A stretch of 32,000 nucleotides of DNA from assembly GCF_043187495.1 (NCBI RefSeq), contig NZ_CP171108.1. One strand, written 5' to 3'. The notes beneath the pieces are model-generated. The model ran no database searches. It saw nothing but the letters and a program-made list of their open reading frames with translations, and had not been told where the DNA came from. The translations under genes were made by a program, and so were the position numbers. This DNA comes from Cohnella sp. WGS1546 (GTDB lineage Bacteria; Bacillota; Bacilli; Paenibacillales; Paenibacillaceae). Shown piece after piece: positions 8,745 through 18,105 of this stretch (position 1 is its first letter; each line of letters opens with the position of its first letter).

Positions 8745-9251
8745 CTATTGCTGAAGCGTATACGCCCCGCGTACAAGTACGATGAGTCCCCTCGTCTGCT
8801 TAGGATCCGGTTCAACGCCTCTCTCACCTCTCGGGTTGAGAATGAGGTGATTATTGCCTACAGGCTTGCCCGGCTGGATATCCAACCCGTCGGTCAGATC
8901 CGACAGTCCATTCACATCGGCGCTGTACGCGATCGCTTTGCCGGAACGGACGATCAATTCTCCGCCGTCTTCTACGATCAATTTCGTCCCCCAAGGCACC
9001 GTAACGACCTCTAGCCCCGCCGAGCCTCCTCCGCCACCGCCGCCAACGTTCCCCGCTTTCTGCAACTCTTCCTTTACGAGCTTCGCGACTACCGAATCAA
9101 CATACGCTTTCGTGACGATCGGATCGTCGACCGATCCCGGCGTCGCTCCTCCATCGGCTTCTGCCGTCGACATAATGCCAATCGTTCCGATCACAATCGC
9201 CAATACCGCCGTCGCTGCCCAGATCGTCCACTTCTTCGCTGTCAAGTTCAT
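8745..9251 (-). CDS. Small N-terminally membrane-anchored protein with a Gly7 linker, function unknown
   Basis: 168 aa. KKW plus a hydrophobic helix at the N-terminus, then DPIVTKAYVD, GGGGGGG and a beta-rich C-terminal half. GC-rich like the core genes. Confidence 0.8.
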   Translation of the reverse strand: MNLTAKKWTIWAATAVLAIVIGTIGIMSTAEADGGATPGSVDDPIVTKAYVDSVVAKLVKEELQKAGNVGGGGGGGSAGLEVVTVPWGTKLIVEDGGELIVRSGKAIAYSADVNGLSDLTDGLDIQPGKPVGNNHLILNPRGERGVEPDPKQTRGLIVLVRGAYTLQQ

Positions 9252-9326
9252 CTCTCCCGTTCGGCAAGTTCTACCATTTTGTACGCGGATTTTGGGGGGA
9301 AGTTGCGTACACTCTCATTCGAAAGG

Positions 9327-11969
9327 CTAATCAACTTCCTTCATGACTTTAACTTCGGATCTATGCGTATCAAAGTTGATCTTTGCTATTGGTTCTAACT
9401 CTTTACTGAAAACGGCTATATTGATCCCTCGCAGGTTTTCCGAGTATTCTGTACCATCTAGTAAAATCGAAGAACGGTTGCCATAGGGATTTCCGGCAGA
9501 GAACACTTTTAACTCTCGTCCTATAAACAGTTCGGAAACGCTTTGGAACTCATCCTGTTCAATCGTTACTGAAGAGCTATTATCAATCTTCTCTCCAATC
9601 ACAACTCCATCGCTAATAATTGCCGCATAAGACCCTCGATATTCCAATTCTTTAATACCGGAACCCATTTGAGCGAGCAACTCTCGAAATCCCGTAGACA
9701 AATTGGCCGTTGCTTCGTCCTTGACTGAAATAATTATAATTTGATTCGAATAACTGCGGATAAAATCGTCTAAAATAGCTATCTTGAACGACTCCTCGGT
9801 CAGTTCATTTCTTTCATTGATAAGATCATTGTCAACACTAACGCGATATCGCTGCAAAAGCTCGTATGCTTCGTTGGGCTCATCAAGGAATAAATGGGTT
9901 CGTGCCGCAGCCACATATCCCCACTTTGAAAGGTTTATAGGACGCCTATCAGGAATCGCTTCTCCGCTGAACTGATCAAACCATTGTGTATATGTTTTGT
10001 AATCTTCAACGGCACTTCGGGCAATTTTTCTTCCTGACGCTTGATCGCCATTGGCTGCTGCCTGTTGCGCCAATTGCAACTTTAAATCAAATATTATATT
10101 GTAATATTCGACATTATAGCGATCCAATGCAATCGCACGGTCCAGATAAGGAAGTCCTTTAATCCAATCGTTCAATTGCCCATGCTTTAAACCGACATTG
10201 AAGATAACTTTGGCATTATTCGGTTCAAGTTGTTCCAATGTTTCTAGCAAGGATAGCAGCTTTTCCTTTGTGCCTTCGTCTGAGTTGTGATTATACAATT
10301 GCAAATAAAAATTGGCCAGGCTCAACAGAGCATCGGTATGATACGGATTCTTGCGCCCAGCATCCTCGAATCGCTCAATGGCCTCATAAATGTTAGTGTT
10401 TTCGCGTTGTATCACGATCGATTTCTCAGCTGAAGCAAATCGAATTGAATATACGATTCCGAACAAAACGAATGAAGCAAGCAACACTGTTCCGCCCACT
10501 TGAACATAATGACGGGCATTCCTTTGCAGAAGCTTGTTCAATCGACTAGAGATCAACAAATCACTATGCGGAGATACGCCCAAGGAGAGTAACCACATTA
10601 ATATGAACCAAACCGAGCCAAATGAAAAGTCAAAGTCGATCGCGGCATGGACGAAGATCATACACGCGCCAACCGCCGGTGCAAGCCATGCTATACGTTC
10701 CGATCCATCATTCAAGCTTCTTCGGTATCGAAGCATAGCAACAACAAGGAGAGCGAAGACAGCAACAAATAATAGTAACCCAACCCAACCAGTACTTAGT
10801 AGCATTTCAAGATAACCGTTATGAATCTCGTTGCTGTAATAGGGCTTGGACTGCATGTTTAAGTAAACGGTTTTCCAACCATCCCCTCCAAATCCAAGAA
10901 GCGGCAACTGATTGCTGAAAGCAAATGCATCTTCGAACATACCCGTCCGTCCCAAAGTACCTAAGTTGACCTGTTCGACACGGGATTGAAGCGCTTCTGG
11001 TAATGTCCGAAAAACGAGTCCTTTTTGACTGAGATCGAGCCCCAACAAAAGACCTAACAATAAGGTGGTACTGCATATCGCAATCTTGCCGAATCGTCCA
11101 AGCCAATGGTTTGCACTTATTCGGTTAAGCAGAGACTGACTTTTGCCCCCTGACAATGCAAGAGCTACCAAAGCTACCAAGAAGCTAAAACCTGTAAATG
11201 CAATCCATACAGATGCATCTCCACTGCGTTCGGTATCGGCGACCAGCCTAAATGTAATAAAGGAACCGCTTACTGCAATTAACGAATACATCAAATACAA
11301 TAGCTGTTCACGAAACTTCAAAAACACTAGTCCCAACAACCAGGCGATTGGGAAAACCAGATAACCCCCTCGAGAATAAGAGGCGAAAAATGAAGTTCCG
11401 TATGCAATGAGCGGCAAGCTGTACAATAACATCGATGTCAAATGCTGACGTTCTCTCACCAGCATGACGAGCGAATACAACCAATAGGCTCCAATAACGG
11501 CAGCAAAAGTGTTTGCATACTGAAACGGGCCGGTCAGACGGTTCCCCAGTATAATGTCTTTATATTCCACAAGTCCCATCAGACCGAGAAACGAAAACCC
11601 GACGAGAACAATACCGCTAACTTGAAATACAAGTCGCAACGCTCGTTCTCCATTTAATTGCCTGCGAATCGATATGAGCAAGATAAAGAGGCTACAGTAA
11701 GTTAGCCAACGAAGCAAGTTGTCAAAGTTCCCCTTGGGTGATTCGGCGACTATAAAGGTGAGTATATATGTAAACGGAATTAAGAACACCGTGTAATAGA
11801 CAGCAGGAACCCTAATGCTCTTAGTAAAGATAGACGCGATAAGCCAGATAAGAAATGCAATCAAAATAAGCGCTTCAAAGATGTACATATCACTATCAAA
11901 AAACAGCCCTCGCTGAAATGGAGCGATTACGAATAAACAAGTTAATATAGCAATCAATAACCAATTCAT
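9327..11969 (-). CDS. Wzy_C (O-antigen-ligase-like) polytopic membrane protein with TPR repeats and an extra C-terminal domain; candidate glycan ligase or O-oligosaccharyltransferase
   Basis: Many TM helices, with SYSRGGYL and NEIHNGYLEMLLSTGWVG (WaaL/Wzy_C signature). TPR-like repeats follow the last TM. The start is moved from 12035 to the ATG at 11969, which overlaps the manC stop as ATGA with GGAGG 6 nt upstream. Confidence 0.85.
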   Translation of the reverse strand: MNWLLIAILTCLFVIAPFQRGLFFDSDMYIFEALILIAFLIWLIASIFTKSIRVPAVYYTVFLIPFTYILTFIVAESPKGNFDNLLRWLTYCSLFILLISIRRQLNGERALRLVFQVSGIVLVGFSFLGLMGLVEYKDIILGNRLTGPFQYANTFAAVIGAYWLYSLVMLVRERQHLTSMLLYSLPLIAYGTSFFASYSRGGYLVFPIAWLLGLVFLKFREQLLYLMYSLIAVSGSFITFRLVADTERSGDASVWIAFTGFSFLVALVALALSGGKSQSLLNRISANHWLGRFGKIAICSTTLLLGLLLGLDLSQKGLVFRTLPEALQSRVEQVNLGTLGRTGMFEDAFAFSNQLPLLGFGGDGWKTVYLNMQSKPYYSNEIHNGYLEMLLSTGWVGLLLFVAVFALLVVAMLRYRRSLNDGSERIAWLAPAVGACMIFVHAAIDFDFSFGSVWFILMWLLSLGVSPHSDLLISSRLNKLLQRNARHYVQVGGTVLLASFVLFGIVYSIRFASAEKSIVIQRENTNIYEAIERFEDAGRKNPYHTDALLSLANFYLQLYNHNSDEGTKEKLLSLLETLEQLEPNNAKVIFNVGLKHGQLNDWIKGLPYLDRAIALDRYNVEYYNIIFDLKLQLAQQAAANGDQASGRKIARSAVEDYKTYTQWFDQFSGEAIPDRRPINLSKWGYVAAARTHLFLDEPNEAYELLQRYRVSVDNDLINERNELTEESFKIAILDDFIRSYSNQIIIISVKDEATANLSTGFRELLAQMGSGIKELEYRGSYAAIISDGVVIGEKIDNSSSVTIEQDEFQSVSELFIGRELKVFSAGNPYGNRSSILLDGTEYSENLRGINIAVFSKELEPIAKINFDTHRSEVKVMKEVD

Positions 11970-13360
11970 AGCAAGCCTCCTGAAGCTTCCTTTGGCAATG
12001 AATCCGGAAGCACTTGTTGCATAATGGTTTCCCAATCCATAAGAAGCCGAATCACATCGGATTCAACAAGTTCAGTGCCATGCTGTACTTCTATCATCTC
12101 CAGATCTGTTATCGCTCTAAGGGCGTGTCTGGTTCCGGCAGCAATTTCAATTACATCTCCAGCTCTCACACTTCGACGCATCCCCTCGATCACAGTCTCA
12201 CCCTGCCCACTTACGACAGTCCATACTTCTTTTCGCAATTTATGAAAATGATAGCTTAAATGTTTTCCGGCATACATTGAGATACGTCTCGTTAGCACTT
12301 CCACCTCATGCTTTGTATAATCCACAACCTTATACCAGCCCCAAAACCTTTCCTCGTACATTGGTCTTGAATTGAAATCCACCAGTTCCTTGACTTTAGG
12401 ACTGGCTTCCTTATCTGCCACCAGAATCCCGTCAGGACTCGCGGCGACAATTACATTAGGTACACCGAGAACTGCTATCGGAATATCCAATTCATTCACA
12501 ACATGTGTGTTGTTAGAGTCAACCCCGACCCACCCTTTTCCAAGAAGCGGGGAGTTCATTTCTTCTGTCAACGTATTCCATGTGCCAAGGTCTTTCCAGA
12601 TTCCTTCATAGGGCAGAGCGACTACTTTTTCGGCCTTTTCTGCGATTTCGTAGTCGAAGCTGATTTTCGGCAAGTCGTGATATTGCTGAAGGAGTTCATA
12701 ATACTCAGTCGGATAGTCGTGCCTAGATAAATGATTAAGCAAGTACTTTAAGCGAAATGCAAAAACCCCACAATTCCATAAAGCATGCTGATCTATAAAT
12801 TGACGAGCCTGTGCCTGATTTGGTTTTTCCTTAAAGGATTGAACAGTCAAATATTTCTTCTCTGTGAGTGTCGGATCAGGAATAATATAGCCGTATTTCT
12901 CTGATGGATAAGTGGGAACAACACCAATCAACGCGAGATCCGCTTGTGAAGTTTTCAATGCTGTCTCCAATTGCTTAAACACAGTAAAGAACGAAGCTTC
13001 AACAAAAGGGTCAACCGGCAAGACAATAATTATTTCTTCTTCCCCAACTTGCTTCACTGAGTGCAGATAGGAGGCTGAGAGAGCAATTGCCGGAAACGTA
13101 TCCCGCCGTGAAGGTTCAACGATGATCTCAATCTCATCGCCCAATTGACTATGAAGAATATCAACTTGAGGCTTGCTGGTTGCAATCAAGGTTGAACTAC
13201 CCAATTCTACACTTGTTATTTGGCGCCAGACCCGCTGAACCATCGACTCGTAAATACCGTGTTCATTTTTCAATACCTTCAAAAACTGCTTAGACCTTGA
13301 ATCATTCGAAAGAGGCCATAGTCGTTTGCCCGATCCTCCGGACAATAAAATAAGATTCAT
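11966..13360 (-). CDS. manC: Mannose-1-phosphate guanylyltransferase with a C-terminal cupin (type II PMI-like) domain
   Basis: LLSGGSGKRLWPLS nucleotidyltransferase motif and a C-terminal cupin (EVWTVVSG.G...AG..H). GAGGG lies 7 nt before the ATG. Confidence 0.9.
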   Translation of the reverse strand: MNLILLSGGSGKRLWPLSNDSRSKQFLKVLKNEHGIYESMVQRVWRQITSVELGSSTLIATSKPQVDILHSQLGDEIEIIVEPSRRDTFPAIALSASYLHSVKQVGEEEIIIVLPVDPFVEASFFTVFKQLETALKTSQADLALIGVVPTYPSEKYGYIIPDPTLTEKKYLTVQSFKEKPNQAQARQFIDQHALWNCGVFAFRLKYLLNHLSRHDYPTEYYELLQQYHDLPKISFDYEIAEKAEKVVALPYEGIWKDLGTWNTLTEEMNSPLLGKGWVGVDSNNTHVVNELDIPIAVLGVPNVIVAASPDGILVADKEASPKVKELVDFNSRPMYEERFWGWYKVVDYTKHEVEVLTRRISMYAGKHLSYHFHKLRKEVWTVVSGQGETVIEGMRRSVRAGDVIEIAAGTRHALRAITDLEMIEVQHGTELVESDVIRLLMDWETIMQQVLPDSLPKEASGGLL

Positions 13361-13364
13361 TGGT

Positions 13365-14489
13365 TTACCCTCGTGAATTCATGATCTGCTTAACCTTCGC
13401 GGAAATCTGCTCATTAAAATTTTCTGGAGAAAACCTTAGAGCATTTTGCCGACAGTCCTCAAAACGTATTGTATCATACTGTCGGTCTAATTCTCGAACA
13501 GAATCGATTAATGCCGAAGCTTGCTGTTCCCTGAAAAAAATACCAGTCGGATTTTCGCCGCCCCCAACCGGACGAACGGTCTCAAGAACCCCCCCTTTGC
13601 CGAAAGCGATAACCGGTGTTCCGCATGCTTGAGCCTCAACAGGTATAATCCCAAAATCCTCCTCTGCTGCAAAGACGAAAGCTCGTGCTCTTTGCATATG
13701 CTCTTTCAGAACCTCAAACGGCTGAAAGCCGAGAAGACGTACATTTTTACCCGCCTTTGCTCGAATCTTTGCAAATTCAGGACCGTCTCCTATCACAATC
13801 AATTGTTTGTCCGGCATCTGAGAAAAGGCTTCCACGATCAAGTCCATTTTTTTATATGGAACCATTCGAGAAGCCGTCAAGTAATAGTCTTCTTTTCTAG
13901 GTGAAAATTCAAACGATGACACATCAACTGGAGGATAAATGACATCTGCTTCCCTACGATAAACCTTCCAAATCCGCTTGGCAATAAAATTCGAGTTGGC
14001 AACAAAATGATCCACCCCATTCGCCGTGCGATAATCCCACATCCGAATACGGTGAAGCATGTATCTAGCTAGCCATCCCTTTAAGCCGCGGTCCAAGCCT
14101 GACTCCTTCAAATATTGGTGCTGCAGGTCCCAAGCGTAACGAATTGGCGAGTGTATGTACGATAGATGAACTTGATCTGGTCCAGTGATGACTCCCTTGG
14201 CCACAGCATGTGAGCTTGTGATAACCAAATCGTATTGACTCACATCTAATTGTTCGACTGCCAAAGGCATGAAGGGCAAATAAGATCTAAATTTTTTCCT
14301 GGAGAAAGGCAATTTCTGAATGAATGATGTGGTAACCGACTTATCTAAAATAAAACCTCTCTGATTCTCAGGTATAAAATCGACGACACTAAACAAGTTC
14401 GCTTCCGGATATAGTTTTACCAGTTGCTCTAGAACCTTCTCAGACCCTGCGTATGTAACTAACCAGTCGTGTACGATAGCTATTTTCAT
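13365..14489 (-). CDS. GT4-family glycosyltransferase
   Basis: KIAIVHDWL...GSEKV N-terminus and a C-terminal EDFGI.PVEAQA.G.PVIA (E-x7-E region). The ATG at 14489 is preferred over 14495 on GGAG spacing. Confidence 0.85.
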   Translation of the reverse strand: MKIAIVHDWLVTYAGSEKVLEQLVKLYPEANLFSVVDFIPENQRGFILDKSVTTSFIQKLPFSRKKFRSYLPFMPLAVEQLDVSQYDLVITSSHAVAKGVITGPDQVHLSYIHSPIRYAWDLQHQYLKESGLDRGLKGWLARYMLHRIRMWDYRTANGVDHFVANSNFIAKRIWKVYRREADVIYPPVDVSSFEFSPRKEDYYLTASRMVPYKKMDLIVEAFSQMPDKQLIVIGDGPEFAKIRAKAGKNVRLLGFQPFEVLKEHMQRARAFVFAAEEDFGIIPVEAQACGTPVIAFGKGGVLETVRPVGGGENPTGIFFREQQASALIDSVRELDRQYDTIRFEDCRQNALRFSPENFNEQISAKVKQIMNSRG

Positions 14490-14509
14490 GAGCATCTCCG
14501 TTTCGTTAG

Positions 14510-15604
14510 CTATTTTGTTTCGAGTATACGATTTATGATATCAATTGTAGCCACAGCACATTTGCCCCATGTAAAAGACTCCACCTGTTGCTTCCCCTTG
14601 ATCATTAACCTTTTTTTCAAATCTGGATCGGTTGCTACTAGTAATATTTTGTCGGAGATATCCTGCGAAGATTCCGGATTAAAATATAGAGCGGCATCAC
14701 CGCAAACCTCGGGTAACGAGGCCCGTTCTGAAACCAATACAGGACAACCGCTCGCCATTGCCTCCAAAGGGGGCAAGCCAAATCCCTCATAGAGAGAAGG
14801 AAAAACCATCATATCGGCATTTCTGTAATATTGCAGTAAGGCATTATTATCGACAAAGCCCGTAAATTGAATTCTATCCCCCAGTCTTTCTGCCTCCGCC
14901 TCTAATCCTGTATCGCCAGTTACAAAGCCTTCTTTTTTACCTATTATTATAAGTCGGTGAGGAATTTTATCTTTAATTAATTCAAAGGCCTTAACTAGAC
15001 TTCTCAGATTTTTATGAGGCTTCACATTCCCTACATACAACAAATAAGGGGAAGAACTCAAAGCCCCCCTCTTTTCTCCTTTAATCTCTCTCCATGGATT
15101 GTCAACGCCATTATAGATCGCGTGTATCTTTTCCTGCTTCACAACAGTGTATTTTATAATTTCATTACGGCTAAATCGGGAAACCGTAATGACCTTATTG
15201 GCTTTTATACTAATTGCTTTAAATAACAAATTGACATACATTCTCTTATGAACCCCACGAGCGAATTGCGGATATGCAAGATGCAAAACATCATGAACTG
15301 TAACCAACATTTTTCCTCTATAGAATATTGGAATATTGTAATGAGGAACCCATAATAAATCCGTGTCTCTAGGAATCTTCTTCACAAGTTCAACTTGCTC
15401 ATTAAAAGAATAAATGGGAACAGTACAGTCAATTATGGATATTCGGTTAGTGTCACTCAAATAAGCGCCTAGTTCTTTAGGGTTCCCAATTAAGTGAAAA
15501 TGAACTTCCTTCATATTGTCAATAATTAGCGGCACTAGTCCTCTCAAATAAGTGCCAATACCCGAGTAATTTATCATTCTCATATCTATCGCTATATTTC
15601 TCAT
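14510..15604 (-). CDS. GT4-family glycosyltransferase
   Basis: C-terminal FPSLYEGFGLPPLEAMA.G.PV motif. The start overlaps the wzy stop as ATGA. Confidence 0.85.
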   Translation of the reverse strand: MRNIAIDMRMINYSGIGTYLRGLVPLIIDNMKEVHFHLIGNPKELGAYLSDTNRISIIDCTVPIYSFNEQVELVKKIPRDTDLLWVPHYNIPIFYRGKMLVTVHDVLHLAYPQFARGVHKRMYVNLLFKAISIKANKVITVSRFSRNEIIKYTVVKQEKIHAIYNGVDNPWREIKGEKRGALSSSPYLLYVGNVKPHKNLRSLVKAFELIKDKIPHRLIIIGKKEGFVTGDTGLEAEAERLGDRIQFTGFVDNNALLQYYRNADMMVFPSLYEGFGLPPLEAMASGCPVLVSERASLPEVCGDAALYFNPESSQDISDKILLVATDPDLKKRLMIKGKQQVESFTWGKCAVATIDIINRILETK

Positions 15605-16854
15605 GATGGACCGACACCTCTATATTTGGTTAAATATGATCCGATCATTACACACGGGAATAACCAGAACTGGTAAAACAAAACGTTATTGAAGTTAGAT
15701 GAAAATGCTACAGTAATTGCAATGTAAATAATAAAGCTAGTAAAAAGCTTCTGCTTCACCGCATCATCTTTATGTCTTCTATAAGTCACATTGGCCCAAA
15801 CAAAAAACATAACAATTAGTAAACATGTAAAAATTAGACCAAAATTGATTAACAGAGATAGTACTGAGGAATCAACAGAATTCAAACGCAGTCCTGCATC
15901 TCCCATATGCACAGCCAAATAATTGTAACCAAGGCCCATTAAAGGTCTATCAAGAATAAATTCTAATCCGAATAAAAATGACTCGAGCCGATGCATTGCT
16001 GAAGGGTCAGTAGACATGTTCCACAATCGCCCGAACATTTTTTTCAGATTATCCCAATAGATCGGACTTATAACTAAAGTCAAAAAAACTAAAACCGCAA
16101 ATATCTTTACACTATACTTTGATACAAAAGGTTTTTTCATCAAATCTTTCAAAAAAAGTGCGGATACAAGAATTAAGAAAGCAACAACTCCACTTCTAGA
16201 GCCTGTCAAAAATATTGATCCAATAATTAATAATAAATAAACAACATACTTTTTTTCACGTAGAACACTTAATAAATGAACACATATTAAGAATGGAATT
16301 CCCGCGATCACCGCAAAGAAGTTAGGATCAAAATACGTGGACACAAATCTATGCCGATGTGGGTCCCCTTGGAACTCAATTCCATAACGCTTAAGGAATG
16401 ACCAAAACTCGGCAGACTGTGGAAATATTAAATATATCAAGTAGCCTAAAGAAACTAATATCAGGTAGGTGTTCAAGATAAACTTGAGGCCTTCTATGAA
16501 GTTATCTTTATATCTACGATAAAGCAGTACTCCTGCCAAAATTCCACTAAAAATCATAAGCCCAAGACGTATACTGTACATATAGGCTTTCACATCAAAT
16601 CCGTTAAGAATAAACCCATAAATAAAGGAAAGAAAAATGATAATATATATCAAACTAGTTCTAATAAAAACTGTTAAAAAGTCTCTCGAAAGCACAGCAT
16701 AAAAAATAATAGTAACATAAATCAAGGCTTCAGTAATTAATAAATTATCTCGAAACCCTTCTATAGTAATGAATCTAGGGATATTCCCCGTTATTATATA
16801 GAAACTAACTAATAGTAACGCCAATCTCAATTTTAAAGGCTTCATAGTACGCAC
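15601..16854 (-). CDS. O-antigen/repeat-unit polymerase-like membrane protein (Wzy)
   Basis: 417 aa and about 10-12 hydrophobic helices, with a TGSRSG motif in the Wzy_C-type loop. Very low GC. Confidence 0.75.
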   Translation of the reverse strand: MRTMKPLKLRLALLLVSFYIITGNIPRFITIEGFRDNLLITEALIYVTIIFYAVLSRDFLTVFIRTSLIYIIIFLSFIYGFILNGFDVKAYMYSIRLGLMIFSGILAGVLLYRRYKDNFIEGLKFILNTYLILVSLGYLIYLIFPQSAEFWSFLKRYGIEFQGDPHRHRFVSTYFDPNFFAVIAGIPFLICVHLLSVLREKKYVVYLLLIIGSIFLTGSRSGVVAFLILVSALFLKDLMKKPFVSKYSVKIFAVLVFLTLVISPIYWDNLKKMFGRLWNMSTDPSAMHRLESFLFGLEFILDRPLMGLGYNYLAVHMGDAGLRLNSVDSSVLSLLINFGLIFTCLLIVMFFVWANVTYRRHKDDAVKQKLFTSFIIYIAITVAFSSNFNNVLFYQFWLFPCVMIGSYLTKYRGVGPS

Positions 16855-16896
16855 CCGTTCCCTTTAAAAAGTTACACATACACACTTTGAGACTAA

Positions 16897-18087
16897 TTAA
16901 TTTAAAACCTCCTTATAGACCTGTTCGTATTGTCTAATTGTTTCATGAATGTAAAATTGCAATAAATACTCGGAAATCCGTTCTTTCATCGCCAATAGAA
17001 TGCTAGGATCAATTATTAAACTCCGTATAATTTCTTCTAACCCCCCTTGTTCATCCGGGTTAAAAATAAAACCAGTTCTCCCGTGCTCAATAAACTCAGG
17101 AATCCCACCTCTATTGGAGCCGATCACTGGTTTTCCCCATGCGTATGCTTCTATGATTGTTCTCCCAAATGCCTCGTTTAATAAAGATGGGACGATCATT
17201 ACGTCTGCCTGTTTTACTACCACATCCGAATTAACATACCCCAAAAATGTAATGTTATCTGAATAATATCCGTTATCTTTTTTATGAGCAATTTCTTTAT
17301 CATAGATTTCTCCCCCAAGCATTAACCTTGCTCCAGGAAAGCCATTAAAAACTTCTAGAAGATAATTAACACCTTTTGACTCCTCGATTCTTCCTAAATA
17401 AAGAAAAATAAGATCACTAGAATCACTCGGATGAACAACATCCTGAATCATTTCATTTTTTGGAATTACTCCGTTCACTATTCTCTTTAAGGGTACACCT
17501 TTGAAATAGTCAAATTGCTGATGTCGATGTATCATGTAATTCGAAATTCCAACAACAGTATGAATATAGTTTCTATTTGACAAATATTTTTTTAGCCGTG
17601 TGATTGAACTACAGGACATACATTGTTTTTTGCAGTTAGCTCCTTCTCTAAACATCGTGCTTTTCACACATAATAAATTGTGATCTCTGAGCGTGTGAAC
17701 TACAGGTATATTCAATTTTTTCGCAACCAACCAAGGGGCAACAGAAAAACCGGATATATTATTTGTATGAATCACATCCGGTTTCTCAACATCTACAATT
17801 TGCTTTACTTTTTGAAGCATCAGTGGATTAAATATATCAACACTATGCCACATTACTTTCTTATAGCTTTTTTTAACGGCTGATTGTAAACTCCAATAAA
17901 CATTCCGATATCGCACATAATGTACTTTAATACCATTAACAATTGAAACTCCATCACGATCTGAAGTAGTCACAACTACAGGTTGAATACCACACTCCAG
18001 CAGTCCTTCTGCAATTAATTGCACTGACTTCTCCGCCCCACCAATAGCGTTCGGAGAGTAAAATGTATTGAAGATTAAAATTTTCAT
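16897..18087 (-). CDS. GT4-family glycosyltransferase
   Basis: N-terminal IGGAEK and C-terminal PSL.NEAFGRT.IEA.A.GKPVI motifs. Confidence 0.85.
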   Translation of the reverse strand: MKILIFNTFYSPNAIGGAEKSVQLIAEGLLECGIQPVVVTTSDRDGVSIVNGIKVHYVRYRNVYWSLQSAVKKSYKKVMWHSVDIFNPLMLQKVKQIVDVEKPDVIHTNNISGFSVAPWLVAKKLNIPVVHTLRDHNLLCVKSTMFREGANCKKQCMSCSSITRLKKYLSNRNYIHTVVGISNYMIHRHQQFDYFKGVPLKRIVNGVIPKNEMIQDVVHPSDSSDLIFLYLGRIEESKGVNYLLEVFNGFPGARLMLGGEIYDKEIAHKKDNGYYSDNITFLGYVNSDVVVKQADVMIVPSLLNEAFGRTIIEAYAWGKPVIGSNRGGIPEFIEHGRTGFIFNPDEQGGLEEIIRSLIIDPSILLAMKERISEYLLQFYIHETIRQYEQVYKEVLN

Positions 18088-18105
18088 TACGTCATAATTC
18101 CTTTT

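Larger units (their letters stand above)
8605..9307. repeat. Direct repeat, right (intact) copy
   Basis: See 4573-4966. It contains the intact 168-aa gene, its terminator and the leader-like sequence. Confidence 0.9.

Noticed and set aside
9281-9310. Inverted repeat GTACGC-18 nt-GCGTAC upstream of the 168-aa gene, as a possible operator
   Set aside because: It has only a 6-bp arm with a long spacer. The left repeat copy does not preserve it, and there is no supporting regulator gene nearby.
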